Assembly (NCBI GenBank): GCA_046328905.1
Contig: JAXLVP010000002.1
Coordinates: 197,499 to 261,498 of the forward strand
Reading direction: 5' to 3'
DNA: 64,000 nt
From: Bdellovibrionota bacterium
Lineage (GTDB): Bacteria > Bdellovibrionota_C > UBA2361 > SZUA-149 > CAZDWZ01
Shown: piece after piece, positions 1 to 9,192 of the stretch
How the letters are laid out: each line of letters starts with the position of its first letter
Position numbering within the stretch: the first letter of the stretch is position 1
Made by a program: the position numbers and the translations under genes
The notes under the pieces: generated by a model
Told to the model about the DNA's origin: nothing
Databases searched by the model: none
The model's input: the letters and a program-made list of their open reading frames with translations, nothing else

Positions 1-78
1 TTTCGTGAATTTCGCTCCGGCATAGCTGTTCTTTCCTATGATGAGGATATTTTCAGCCATACTCGTTGCCGACGAACC

Positions 79-912
79 CTATATCGGGTTCCCCCAATTA
101 ATCCATGTCGTCTCGTCGTTATGCTGCTCGCCTTTCTGAATTGGGAAGAACTGCAGAAGCCGAGGCTCGTGAATTTTCGGGTCGTACCCGTTTTTTGCAA
201 GCTCTTCCGGGAAATATCCCACGGCACAGGTCGAACGTGTGATGTTGTTTGGCACTTTCTTAACAACGACAGAAAGCTGACCATTGTAGGTCGCAATCGA
301 TGCGTTTCTGCAATCGAAGCCGGCACAGACGAGCTGATTGAGAAGCGTCCACTGATTGTAAAGATTGTGATGTCCGGACACGAATGAGTGAAGAGAAAGC
401 GCCGAGTTCATAAAAGGCACCGTCAAAGCCAGAACCCCGCCCTCACGCAGATCGTCATACACTTTGTCGAGAAACGCCCCCGGATTGCGAATATGCTCCA
501 GCACATGGCTGCACCAGATCGCATCGAACTTCCGGATGAATCTTACGTCCAGGAAGTCCACCTCGATATCCACTTCACGACATGGGAAATCAGGATGATT
601 TTGCCACGGCTTTGCTGGCTCGAGCGCCGCGACATCCTTCCCGAGTGCATCGAAGATGTAGCTCGCCATACCGTCGTTTGTCCCAAGGTCGAGCACAGTC
701 CTGAAATCGTAGTGCTTGATAAGCTTCAGCATCGCGAGATGCGCGTACCAGAGCGGTCGTCGGTATGTTTTTCCGCCGCGCGAGATCGCGAATTCCACGG
801 CGCAAGGCGTCCAGCGGAACGGTGGCAGCGGCCGCACTTCGATTCTCGGTTCGGCTCCCGGTGGATCGGAATATTCCCGCCCGACCTCTCGCGTCATAAA
901 GTCGCCGTTCAT
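79..912 (-). CDS. class I SAM-dependent methyltransferase
   Basis: 277-aa ORF with glycine-rich SAM-binding motif I (VLDLGTNDG) followed by an acidic residue; start overlaps the upstream gene stop by 4 nt (operon coupling). Confidence 0.7.
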   Translation of the reverse strand: MNGDFMTREVGREYSDPPGAEPRIEVRPLPPFRWTPCAVEFAISRGGKTYRRPLWYAHLAMLKLIKHYDFRTVLDLGTNDGMASYIFDALGKDVAALEPAKPWQNHPDFPCREVDIEVDFLDVRFIRKFDAIWCSHVLEHIRNPGAFLDKVYDDLREGGVLALTVPFMNSALSLHSFVSGHHNLYNQWTLLNQLVCAGFDCRNASIATYNGQLSVVVKKVPNNITRSTCAVGYFPEELAKNGYDPKIHEPRLLQFFPIQKGEQHNDETTWINWGNPI

Positions 913-1823
913 TTTCCGATCTCCTCGATAATCAACTTTCTGCTCAAACCATGCGCCTGCCGAAGCTCGGCGTGGCTACCATAAACGTGAACAAATTCAT
1001 CTTTCAGACTGAAGGTCTTTAAAGCACACGTGGCTTTCGTATCCCACGCAATCTGCTTCACTTGCGCGGCCAGCCCACCTACGCAGGAATGTTCTTCGAT
1101 TGTAACGACGAGTGAATGCGTCTTGAGAGCTTTTGCAATTCCCTCTCGGTCGATAGGCTTCATAGTATGGCAGGAGACGAGCGAAACGGATCGTCCCTGC
1201 CCCGCAAGCTCCTTGGCCACATCACCGGCAAGGTCCATGACATGTCCAAAAGCGAGCACGCACACGTCAGTCCCTTTGGTGATGTATCGAATCTTTCCGA
1301 ACTCGAACGGGTCCACCGCTTTGTCCGTAAAGTTCGGCTCTCCCGCCTTTCCAATTCGGAGATACACGGGTCCTGGTGACACCGCACAGTAGCGAATTGC
1401 CTCCGCGAGCTCGAGGGGGTCACACGGAGCAAGAATTGAGATATTCGGGATCGGACTCAGGATACCCACATCCTCTTGCGTAAGGTGCGTACCTCCGAGC
1501 GTCGAATAAATAATTCCCGCGCCCATTCCGACCACCGTGACTGGCAGATTCTGATAGCAGAGGTCGTCGCGAATCATCTCGAACGGACGATAAGCGCTAA
1601 ATGTGGCGATGGTGTAAGCGAATGGTCGAAATCCGCGAAGAGCCATGCCGGCGCACAAACCGATCATACCCTGCTCGGACACCCCAACATCGATGAACTT
1701 CTCCGGGAATTGTTTGCGAAACAGCTCCATGCTTCCGACGGGAGAGATATCAGCGACGACGCAGCAGATATTCGGATCTGCCATCCCCACTTCATAAAGG
1801 GTCTGGGCAAATAGATTTCTCAT
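909..1823 (-). CDS. transketolase, C-terminal (pyrimidine-binding) subunit
   Basis: 304-aa ORF resembling the pyrimidine-binding/C-terminal half of transketolase (IDVGVSEQGMIG, AGMALRGFRPFAYTIATF, VTVVGMGAGI); coupled to the N-terminal subunit gene immediately upstream. Confidence 0.8.
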   Translation of the reverse strand: MRNLFAQTLYEVGMADPNICCVVADISPVGSMELFRKQFPEKFIDVGVSEQGMIGLCAGMALRGFRPFAYTIATFSAYRPFEMIRDDLCYQNLPVTVVGMGAGIIYSTLGGTHLTQEDVGILSPIPNISILAPCDPLELAEAIRYCAVSPGPVYLRIGKAGEPNFTDKAVDPFEFGKIRYITKGTDVCVLAFGHVMDLAGDVAKELAGQGRSVSLVSCHTMKPIDREGIAKALKTHSLVVTIEEHSCVGGLAAQVKQIAWDTKATCALKTFSLKDEFVHVYGSHAELRQAHGLSRKLIIEEIGK

Positions 1824-2641
1824 CGCAGACCTCCTTCGAGCTCGGACAGCGCTTGCTTATATTCTTCGGCGTTCGGGGAACGATAGTGCCAGATCGGCAC
1901 GTTCTCCATGTAGCTTACACCTTTTCCCTTCGTCGTACGGCAAATAACGAACAGGGGCTTCTGACCTTTCCGCGACATAACCGCATCAAACATCGCCGCC
2001 GAATCGTGGCCGTTTTCGATCTCCTTCACTTCCCAACCGAATGCAGCCACTTTGTCGCCAACCGGATAAAATGTCGGATGCAGCTCGCTCGTGCGTCCAA
2101 GCGATTGAAAGTCGTTGAGGTCAAGGAACGCGACGAGATTTGTGATACCAAGCGAAGACGCAATCATCATGCCTTCCCAGGTCGAGCCTTCTTGCAGCTC
2201 GCCGTCGCTCAACACCGCATACACGTTTGCATCTTCATTTCGGATCTTATGTGCGTAGGCAATTCCGGCAGACATCGTCATGCCATGCCCGAGTGATCCG
2301 GTTGACGCCTCAATACCCGGATTCCCGTAGTCAGGGTGAGTCCCGAGAATCCCGTCCGGCTTGCAGTACCGGTCAAGATGCTTCGACTCCAAAACTCCGA
2401 GCTTTTCGAGCGCCATATACTGGGCCAAACATCCATGCCCTTTGGACATGACGAACGTGTCCGGGCTCGTTCCGTCCGGGTTCCGACGCATGAGCGAGAA
2501 GTAGCAAAGCTCGGTAATCTCCATACAGGAGTAGGCCGACGCGATATGGAGGGCCGAGACCGTTTGCGAGATATGGAGAATCCGCTTGCGGAACTCAAGG
2601 CAGCGAGCCTGCGATGCTGCGAGATCGAATTTTTTCGTCAT
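1820..2641 (-). CDS. transketolase, N-terminal (TPP-binding) subunit
   Basis: TPP-binding half of a split transketolase (SKGHGC, SLGHGMTMSAGIAYA, LSDGELQEGSTWE). Start set at ATG 2641, which has a GAGG RBS 7 nt upstream; the track ORF extends to 2680 (TTG). Confidence 0.8.
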   Translation of the reverse strand: MTKKFDLAASQARCLEFRKRILHISQTVSALHIASAYSCMEITELCYFSLMRRNPDGTSPDTFVMSKGHGCLAQYMALEKLGVLESKHLDRYCKPDGILGTHPDYGNPGIEASTGSLGHGMTMSAGIAYAHKIRNEDANVYAVLSDGELQEGSTWEGMMIASSLGITNLVAFLDLNDFQSLGRTSELHPTFYPVGDKVAAFGWEVKEIENGHDSAAMFDAVMSRKGQKPLFVICRTTKGKGVSYMENVPIWHYRSPNAEEYKQALSELEGGLR

Positions 2642-2661
2642 ATGAGCCTCGTCGCGGACCA

Positions 2662-3315
2662 TCAGTTGATGATCGTCCAATAATAATCGCCGGTGTAGCC
2701 GGCTTCATCGAAAATCTTCTTCCAGAAATCCGGATATCCGTGAGTCTTCGCGGTGAGCACCCACTTCGCAAAGATCTCCTCCTCTTCCTTTGTCCGATAG
2801 GAGTCGACCTGAATGAAGCCTTTGCCTGGTGCGATCCGCTGCATCTCCTTGATCGCCTGAATGCAAAGTGGCCGCTCGAGGTTGTGTAGCGTGTTCAGAG
2901 AGATCGCCGCCGTGAAGCTTTTGTCCGGAAAAGGAAGCTTGAGCGCGTTCCCGAGATGGAGGCGGCCGACGACTTCCGGCTCGCAGTGCATGAGCGCGTA
3001 CTCTGATATCTCAATCCCGTAAACTTCCAAGCCTGGACATACCTTCATGAGGTCCTTGACGAGAAAGCCCTTTGCGCAACCGATGTCGAGAACGCGATCG
3101 CCCGGCTTTAGCCCCCAATGCTCGACGAAAGTCTCGGCGACGGGGATCCAACGACCGTCGTAGCGGTAGCCGCCGTAGCCGTGGTTGCGACTCCCATCGA
3201 AGTAATCCTTCCCGTACTGCAATGCGATGCGTTTGTCCTCCTCGGACGCAGCGGCACGCTCGGTGAGGTTCCGTTTCGGCTTCGGAAGTTTGTGCAGGAG
3301 CTCGATCTCAGCCAT
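2662..3315 (-). CDS. class I SAM-dependent methyltransferase
   Basis: Motif I VLDIGCAKGFL; start placed at ATG 3315 (GAGGA RBS), 1 nt after the upstream stop; track ORF extends to 3348. Confidence 0.7.
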   Translation of the reverse strand: MAEIELLHKLPKPKRNLTERAAASEEDKRIALQYGKDYFDGSRNHGYGGYRYDGRWIPVAETFVEHWGLKPGDRVLDIGCAKGFLVKDLMKVCPGLEVYGIEISEYALMHCEPEVVGRLHLGNALKLPFPDKSFTAAISLNTLHNLERPLCIQAIKEMQRIAPGKGFIQVDSYRTKEEEEIFAKWVLTAKTHGYPDFWKKIFDEAGYTGDYYWTIIN

Positions 3316-3316
3316 T

Positions 3317-4189
3317 CTATCCTCGCGCCTTCTTGATACCTTCGCCAAACGGCGTCATGCGAAAAGCCGGAAAATTGCGTAGGAGCTCAGTGATATCAAA
3401 GTGACGGTGCGTTACCGGGCTTTGTCGCGGTTGATTGACAATTTTCACCTCGGTCATCAATCCCTTGATCGAAGCTGCGACTTCACCAAACGAGAGAGCA
3501 CTGCCCGAAGCGGCGTTGACAACTCCAGTCGCCTTACGAGAAACCAGCTCAGTAATGAGAGAGATGAGATCGTCGATGAACAGATGGTCTCGCTGTTCTT
3601 CGCCCTGACCGGTCAATGAGATCTCATTTTTCTCGAGAGCCGTCTTGAGAAAACGATTCGGGCCATAGCTGTTGTGAGTGTCTCCGGCTCCGTATATCGC
3701 GCAGGGACGAACAATGAGCAGGGGCGTTCCCGCCTTTTTGCAGGACTCCGCCAGCATTCTCTCCCGCGCGAGATGCATCACTCCGTGGAAGCTGCTCGGA
3801 TTACAGGCAGAGGTCTCACGCACCGGATGGGCAGCGTCATCGTAGACTGCATCCGAACTAATATAAACGACATGTGCACACGGATGAGCTTCAATAGCTT
3901 CACACACCGCGTCTGCCATCGCCAGATTCTTCAAGAGAGTCTTCCGGTCCCGCCCTTTGTCAGGCGTAAGGGCCGAAATGAAGACCAGGGTGTCTTCTGA
4001 ATTCAGCGCTTCGCCGAGCTTGGTTCCCGCGTCTTCGGAAAGGAGATCAAGGTCCCGAGATGAGAGCGCCTTCGTTGCCCAACCCAGCTCGCGAGTTTTC
4101 GCTTCTAGATTCTTCCCCACGAAACCACGTGAACCGAGTATTACCATTCGCGAAGGTGTCTTTCTTTCTGACGAACTGAGACTCAGCAT
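3317..4189 (-). CDS. NAD(P)-dependent epimerase/dehydratase family (SDR) sugar reductase/epimerase
   Basis: N-terminal Rossmann motif ILGSRGFVGKNL and SDR-like fold; start at ATG 4189 (GGAG RBS) 1 nt after upstream stop. Confidence 0.65.
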   Translation of the reverse strand: MLSLSSSERKTPSRMVILGSRGFVGKNLEAKTRELGWATKALSSRDLDLLSEDAGTKLGEALNSEDTLVFISALTPDKGRDRKTLLKNLAMADAVCEAIEAHPCAHVVYISSDAVYDDAAHPVRETSACNPSSFHGVMHLARERMLAESCKKAGTPLLIVRPCAIYGAGDTHNSYGPNRFLKTALEKNEISLTGQGEEQRDHLFIDDLISLITELVSRKATGVVNAASGSALSFGEVAASIKGLMTEVKIVNQPRQSPVTHRHFDITELLRNFPAFRMTPFGEGIKKARG

Positions 4190-4190
4190 T

Positions 4191-5483
4191 TCATTTCTCC
4201 GTCTTTTTCCCCAAAGTGTGCACGGTAAAGCCTGCCTGATCAAAATCGCGTGAGCTCAACGCGCCGAACGGATCAAGAACCACCCGCCCCTTCATCGCGT
4301 TGGCGACCTCGCCCGCAGGAATCTTCTTGAACTCTGACCACGGGGTTATGAGCACGAGCACGTCCGCTCCTTCACACGCATGGAGAGCGGATTCGGCTTG
4401 CACGACTCGATTCGCCGCGCGTTCACCGAGCTTCACCATCGGGTCATACGCTCGAACACGTTGAGCCTTCAGCGAATCGATCAGCGCAACGGACGGCGAA
4501 TTCTTGATTGAGTGAGTGTCCGGCTTGTAGGCGATTCCCCAGATTCCGATGAGTGGGTCATCTTGCTTTGAAAACACAACTGACGAAAGCTTCCTGAGTA
4601 CCCAGTCTCGTCGATAGACGGCATTGGAAAACCAAGCTTCGATTACCGAGCTATCTGTTCCATGCTCCCGCGCGAGCGACTGCACGGTCACCAGATCTCG
4701 TTCCAAGTTACCGCCCGCGATCCCAAGACCGGGCTGCAGATACGCATGCGGGCCGATTCTTTTATCAAGCCGAAGTGATGGGGCGATCTCGCCCCACTCT
4801 GCCCCTATCTCTTCGCAAAGCTCTGCGAGCGTGCTCGTCGTAATCACTGAGGAAACCAGAAACATGTTGATAGAGATCTTTGCAAGCTCCGCGCTCTCAT
4901 AGCGCATCGGCAGAACAGGACAATCAAAGAGCGAGAGCACCTTCTGATACGCATCCGGGAGCGGAGCCTTCGGGTCCTTGCAACCAACGATGTATCGCTC
5001 CGGGTTGAGCATGCGGCTCATTGCGATACCGAAGACCAGTGTCTCCACCTGGTAATACAGTTGAATGTTCCGATTCTCGCGTTCGACGAGGGCTCCGAGC
5101 GCTCGGGTGAATCCAGGCGACACCTGGCTGTGGATAACCAGCGTCGCGCCGGTTTTGAGCGACGGGAGAATTTTTTCGAAAAGCTCCAATATCGGCGTTG
5201 GGTCGCTGATATTCTTGTCCGAGGTCGGCACGTCGCGAGCAATGTAGAGCACTTCACATCCGCCGAGGTCAGCTTGGTTCGCGGTGAATCGCACTCGGCT
5301 CCCCGCTTCGTGCAAGAGCTCAGACAGATTCTCCTCGAACACAGGCAGCTCGAACCTCGCCAACTTCGCCACGAGCGACGCGTCCGTTTCGAAGCCGAGA
5401 ATGTTCGCACCGCGAGATGCCAGCCCCACGCCGGTTATGAGACCGAGGTGCGAAAGTCCGACAATACCAACGTTCAGGCTCAC
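4191..5483 (-). CDS. nucleotide-sugar 6-dehydrogenase (UDP-glucose/GDP-mannose dehydrogenase family)
   Basis: 430 aa; N-terminal NAD-binding VGIVGLSHLGL and C-terminal GIAYKPDTHSIKNSPS...YDP motif typical of this family. Confidence 0.8.
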   Translation of the reverse strand: MSLNVGIVGLSHLGLITGVGLASRGANILGFETDASLVAKLARFELPVFEENLSELLHEAGSRVRFTANQADLGGCEVLYIARDVPTSDKNISDPTPILELFEKILPSLKTGATLVIHSQVSPGFTRALGALVERENRNIQLYYQVETLVFGIAMSRMLNPERYIVGCKDPKAPLPDAYQKVLSLFDCPVLPMRYESAELAKISINMFLVSSVITTSTLAELCEEIGAEWGEIAPSLRLDKRIGPHAYLQPGLGIAGGNLERDLVTVQSLAREHGTDSSVIEAWFSNAVYRRDWVLRKLSSVVFSKQDDPLIGIWGIAYKPDTHSIKNSPSVALIDSLKAQRVRAYDPMVKLGERAANRVVQAESALHACEGADVLVLITPWSEFKKIPAGEVANAMKGRVVLDPFGALSSRDFDQAGFTVHTLGKKTEK

Positions 5484-6394
5484 TTCCCCTCCTCATACAG
5501 CTTGCGCAGCGTCCTGTTGATCCAAAGGTCGTTGTCGAGATTCGTACCGCCGCGTTTCGCATGCTCAACAAAATATTCGTATTCGAGCTTCCACGTGGGG
5601 TCGGCACACTCGAGCGTATCGGATGCTTCAGTCGGACGTCCGGATGGCAGAACCCGCTTGCGAACAGTGATCGTGCTCGGCCCCCATTTACACAGGCAGT
5701 TGACATGAAGCGATCCGGCATCTCCGATCACATCCAGCCGAAATGTGTTTCTCCACGACAGCAACGTCGCCTCGAGCTGGATGCGCGGCATCTCAGCTTG
5801 CGAGCCGAAAACAACGTGGTCATACGAATTATTTTCCAGCCGGTAGTAACTGAACGGCTTGAGGTCCGTTCGGTGCTCACCAAGCAAGAAATCGGTTGTA
5901 TCAAGCAGGTGAGAACCGAGGTCCGCCAGCACACCCATTCCTTTGTCTCGCCAGACAGAGTTACGAACTTCACGCGCCGTCCCGTTTCCGTAGAACATCT
6001 CGAGGGAAAGAACCTTCCCAATCTCCCCCGCCGTTATAATTTCGCGGGCGCGGACGAGAAACGGCTCGAAGCGATGGTTGTATGCGGTGTAACAAAACAC
6101 CCGCCGCTTCGCGGCCAGATCGCGAAGGCGCTCGATATCCCGGTCGTCCTCGCTCACGAGCGGTTTTTCGACTAGGACGTGCTTCCCGTTATCGAGGAGG
6201 TAGGAAAGAATCTCGATCTTTGCTTCGTCCGGAGTGCACACCAATGCCGCGTCATACGATTCGAGTGGAACGTCTTGCACTCGCGTAAACTGGGCGTCCG
6301 GCTTTACAGGATCAACCGTCGCAACAAGATCGCTGCCGGCGAACTTGCTGCGTTTCGCACCTTGAATCCCGAGCCCGGCGACGATGACTCTCAT
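5480..6394 (-). CDS. Gfo/Idh/MocA family NAD(P)-dependent oxidoreductase
   Basis: N-terminal Rossmann fold with the VLVEKPL (EKP) signature; translationally coupled on both sides. Confidence 0.75.
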   Translation of the reverse strand: MRVIVAGLGIQGAKRSKFAGSDLVATVDPVKPDAQFTRVQDVPLESYDAALVCTPDEAKIEILSYLLDNGKHVLVEKPLVSEDDRDIERLRDLAAKRRVFCYTAYNHRFEPFLVRAREIITAGEIGKVLSLEMFYGNGTAREVRNSVWRDKGMGVLADLGSHLLDTTDFLLGEHRTDLKPFSYYRLENNSYDHVVFGSQAEMPRIQLEATLLSWRNTFRLDVIGDAGSLHVNCLCKWGPSTITVRKRVLPSGRPTEASDTLECADPTWKLEYEYFVEHAKRGGTNLDNDLWINRTLRKLYEEGK

Positions 6395-7977
6395 CGGAGC
6401 AGGACTTTGCTGATCAGGTTCTTCGACATCTCGGTCATCTGCTCAACCGACTGGAGCTTCGCGATAACGTCATCCGGTGTTACGGGGTGATTTCCGTCTC
6501 TTTCACACGCGACCGCGGCTGCGGCCGAGCCGATGATTGTCGCGATAACCGCCGACTTGCTAGTGTAAAGAGAAAGAGAAGAATAGGAGAGCATCGCATC
6601 GCCCGCGCCGACAGCATCGACGACGTGGTCAACGAAGCTATCGACAATAAAAAACGCTGAGACCTCTTCCGGACTTCGATACGTGAGCACGCCTCGTTCG
6701 CCCATCGTCATCATCAGACATTTGCACTTCGCGCGCGTGAACAGCTCGCGGGCGAGCGGGCGTACGACTGAGTCCTGATCTCCGAGAGCGAAACGAACCT
6801 CGCGCTCGTTCGGCGTGATCAGATCACATCCTTGAAACTCGACGATGTTCCCCCATCGGCTGGCAACTTGGCTATCCGCAACCTTGAAGGTCCCCTCCGG
6901 CACCGCTTCGAGGAATGCCGGGATGGTGTTCCGATTGAAAATTCCGTGACGAAAATCTGAGAACACGACGATGTCGGCCGGAGTATTGACAATCGAGTCG
7001 AGCAGCTGAGCGCGAATACGTTCGGAGATGATCCGATTGTCGACCTTTCCAACTCGAAGGAGATGGTAGCCGCTTGCAAGAAAAGAGTTCTTCTGGGTGG
7101 TCGGGCGTGTTTTGTCGATGACAGCGTGATTGTGAATGCCCGATTCTTTCAGTTCCGACGCGACAAAGTCTTTCAGCGCATCATCGCCCATGACCGTCGA
7201 AAAGGTGACATCCGCGCCCGCTTTTTTGATGTGACGCGACACGACCGCTGCACCGCCTGCAAAGTCCACTTGACGGTCGAACTGCACCGTCATTGTCGGC
7301 GTTTTCACGGCGCCACCCTGCATGCGGCAATACGTGTAGGAATCTACAATCGTGTCGCCGATCACATGCACTTTCACGTCTTTGAATTTGTCGAGTGTTG
7401 AATAGAGGTCTTGGAACGTAATATTCTCGGACTCCATCAGGAGCACGAGCTTCGCCGCTCCCAAGCGAGGGGAGAATGCTTCCGAGTCCGAGCTCGTCGT
7501 ATACTCGGCATCCCCTGGGGTGAAGAGAACTTCGCCGCCGTAAGCCTCTACCGCTGTGACGTCTTCGCGCGCCTTCGCAGGACTGCCGCTCTCGAAATAA
7601 TCAAATCCTTTCGCGAAATAGTCCGGCTGAAGAATGCGGATATTGTCGAGCGGCTGCTCATTTCGATCGATGATGACGTAGTCTACAAACTCTAGCGCAG
7701 CGAGGTTTACCGCGCGAACATCTTCCGGAACCGAAGGTCGCAAGCTCGATCGTTCGATGTACTTGTCTGAGACGAGCGTCGCCACGAGAATATTGGCGCG
7801 CTCCTTCGCGTACATCAGATGGCGAAGATGGCCGGGATGCACGATATCGAACGAGCCGTGACACATCACGACGGACTTCGTCCGCGGATGCGGACCGACG
7901 AGGTCTCGCACCTCCTCCACCGTACGTATCTTGCGGCGGAAATCCTCCGCTTTGTGCTGCTTCTTCGCCTTCATCAT
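6391..7977 (-). CDS. bifunctional cytidylyltransferase-like nucleotidyltransferase / PfkB-family sugar kinase (HldE-like, reversed domain order)
   Basis: N-terminal CHGSFDIVHPGHL (HxGH nucleotidyltransferase motif); C-terminal PfkB kinase (VHVIGDTIVD ... DAVGAGDAM). Confidence 0.7.
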   Translation of the reverse strand: MMKAKKQHKAEDFRRKIRTVEEVRDLVGPHPRTKSVVMCHGSFDIVHPGHLRHLMYAKERANILVATLVSDKYIERSSLRPSVPEDVRAVNLAALEFVDYVIIDRNEQPLDNIRILQPDYFAKGFDYFESGSPAKAREDVTAVEAYGGEVLFTPGDAEYTTSSDSEAFSPRLGAAKLVLLMESENITFQDLYSTLDKFKDVKVHVIGDTIVDSYTYCRMQGGAVKTPTMTVQFDRQVDFAGGAAVVSRHIKKAGADVTFSTVMGDDALKDFVASELKESGIHNHAVIDKTRPTTQKNSFLASGYHLLRVGKVDNRIISERIRAQLLDSIVNTPADIVVFSDFRHGIFNRNTIPAFLEAVPEGTFKVADSQVASRWGNIVEFQGCDLITPNEREVRFALGDQDSVVRPLARELFTRAKCKCLMMTMGERGVLTYRSPEEVSAFFIVDSFVDHVVDAVGAGDAMLSYSSLSLYTSKSAVIATIIGSAAAAVACERDGNHPVTPDDVIAKLQSVEQMTEMSKNLISKVLLR

Positions 7978-8020
7978 CTCCTTGACCGAGGTCTGTGCGC
8001 ACTCCGACGCACTCCTCCGA

Positions 8021-9022
8021 TTAGGTCAATCCGATCTTCTTGATCATCTTCACGTTGAAGTAATGCGGGTCATCGAAGCTGTTCGGGAGCTTCCCGGCTT
8101 TGAACGCTTTACACAGTCCGCGAACGGCATCTTCGATACTGTATTTGGGCTCGAAGCCAAGCACTCGGGCTATTTTCGCCGACGAAACGTGGTATGACCG
8201 AAGGTCGTCGGACTCGGTGGTCACGATTTCAATCGGAGCGAGCTCCGGCATCTCTTCTTCCACGACGTTCTTCACGATAACGGCAAGATCGGCGAGCGTT
8301 CGGTTCTGGAATCCGGCATTGAATGTCTCACCCTGAATCTGTGCCGCCGGTGTCTCGAGCAAGCTCACGTAGAGATCGGTAATATCTTCGATATGAATAT
8401 TCGGCCGCTTCTGAGGTCCGCCGAACACGGTGATCTTGCGTTTATTCACGGCGTGATTCGTAAGAATATTCACCGAAAGGTCGAGACGAGTCCGGGGAGA
8501 GTAACCGCAAATAGTCGCAGGACGGATTACGACACAAACAAAGTCATCAGACTTGTGCTTCAGAAGAAGCGGCTCAGTCAGTCCTTTGTACTTATTGTAA
8601 TCAGTGATCGGCACCAAGGGATGCTCTTCGGTGACTTCCGGCGCATCGCTCACGCCGTAAACGGAGCTCGTCGAGGCGTAGATGAAGCGTTCTACACCCG
8701 CTTCCTTCGTAGCAACGACCATCGGCTCGAAGCAGTCGTAGTTGATAGCCTTGCTCAATCCGTCGTTCAGCTCGAAGCTGGGATCGTTCGAGATACAGGC
8801 GAGGTGGATGATCGAGTCGCAACCGGCAATCGATTTCGCGAAATACGGAGTATCGCGGATGTCGCCTTTGATAACTTTCAGATTTTGATGTTTCGGAATG
8901 CCCTGTTCGCCGTAGAGCATGAGGTCGTAAATCCGAACCTTATGTCCCAATGCGAGGAGCTTCGGAACAAGAACAGAGCCCACATAGCCCGCGCCGCCAG
9001 TTACAAATATTTCACGTTGCAT
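8021..9022 (-). CDS. NAD-dependent epimerase/dehydratase (extended SDR, UDP-sugar 4-epimerase-like)
   Basis: GGAGYVGS Rossmann motif and YNKYK (YxxxK) catalytic motif. Confidence 0.8.
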   Translation of the reverse strand: MQREIFVTGGAGYVGSVLVPKLLALGHKVRIYDLMLYGEQGIPKHQNLKVIKGDIRDTPYFAKSIAGCDSIIHLACISNDPSFELNDGLSKAINYDCFEPMVVATKEAGVERFIYASTSSVYGVSDAPEVTEEHPLVPITDYNKYKGLTEPLLLKHKSDDFVCVVIRPATICGYSPRTRLDLSVNILTNHAVNKRKITVFGGPQKRPNIHIEDITDLYVSLLETPAAQIQGETFNAGFQNRTLADLAVIVKNVVEEEMPELAPIEIVTTESDDLRSYHVSSAKIARVLGFEPKYSIEDAVRGLCKAFKAGKLPNSFDDPHYFNVKMIKKIGLT

Positions 9023-9192
9023 AACCCACCCTCTAAAGCCGTTCCGAACCCATAAAATACCGTAATTACATAATCTTTATGTCATATACGATGCGTGGTC
9101 CAGCCGAAAAGTAGCGGAATACCAAACCTGAAAACCCGCATCTTAAAGCTATGAAGGTAAAACGCCTTCTATCTTTTTGATGAGGTTTTCGC
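9023..9192. promoter_or_regulatory. divergent intergenic region (putative promoters for the 9022-to-79 minus-strand operon and for the SIS-transaldolase gene)
   Basis: 170-bp AT-richer gap between divergently oriented genes; no specific -35/-10 assignment made. Confidence 0.3.

Noticed and set aside
5061-5708. 215-aa plus-strand ORF (and similar ORFs at 388-984, 1853-2296, 8393-9055, 18224-18904, 61843-62511) overlapping well-supported genes on the opposite strand
   Set aside because: Arg/Ser/Pro-rich low-complexity products with no start context; explained as antisense frames of genuine genes.
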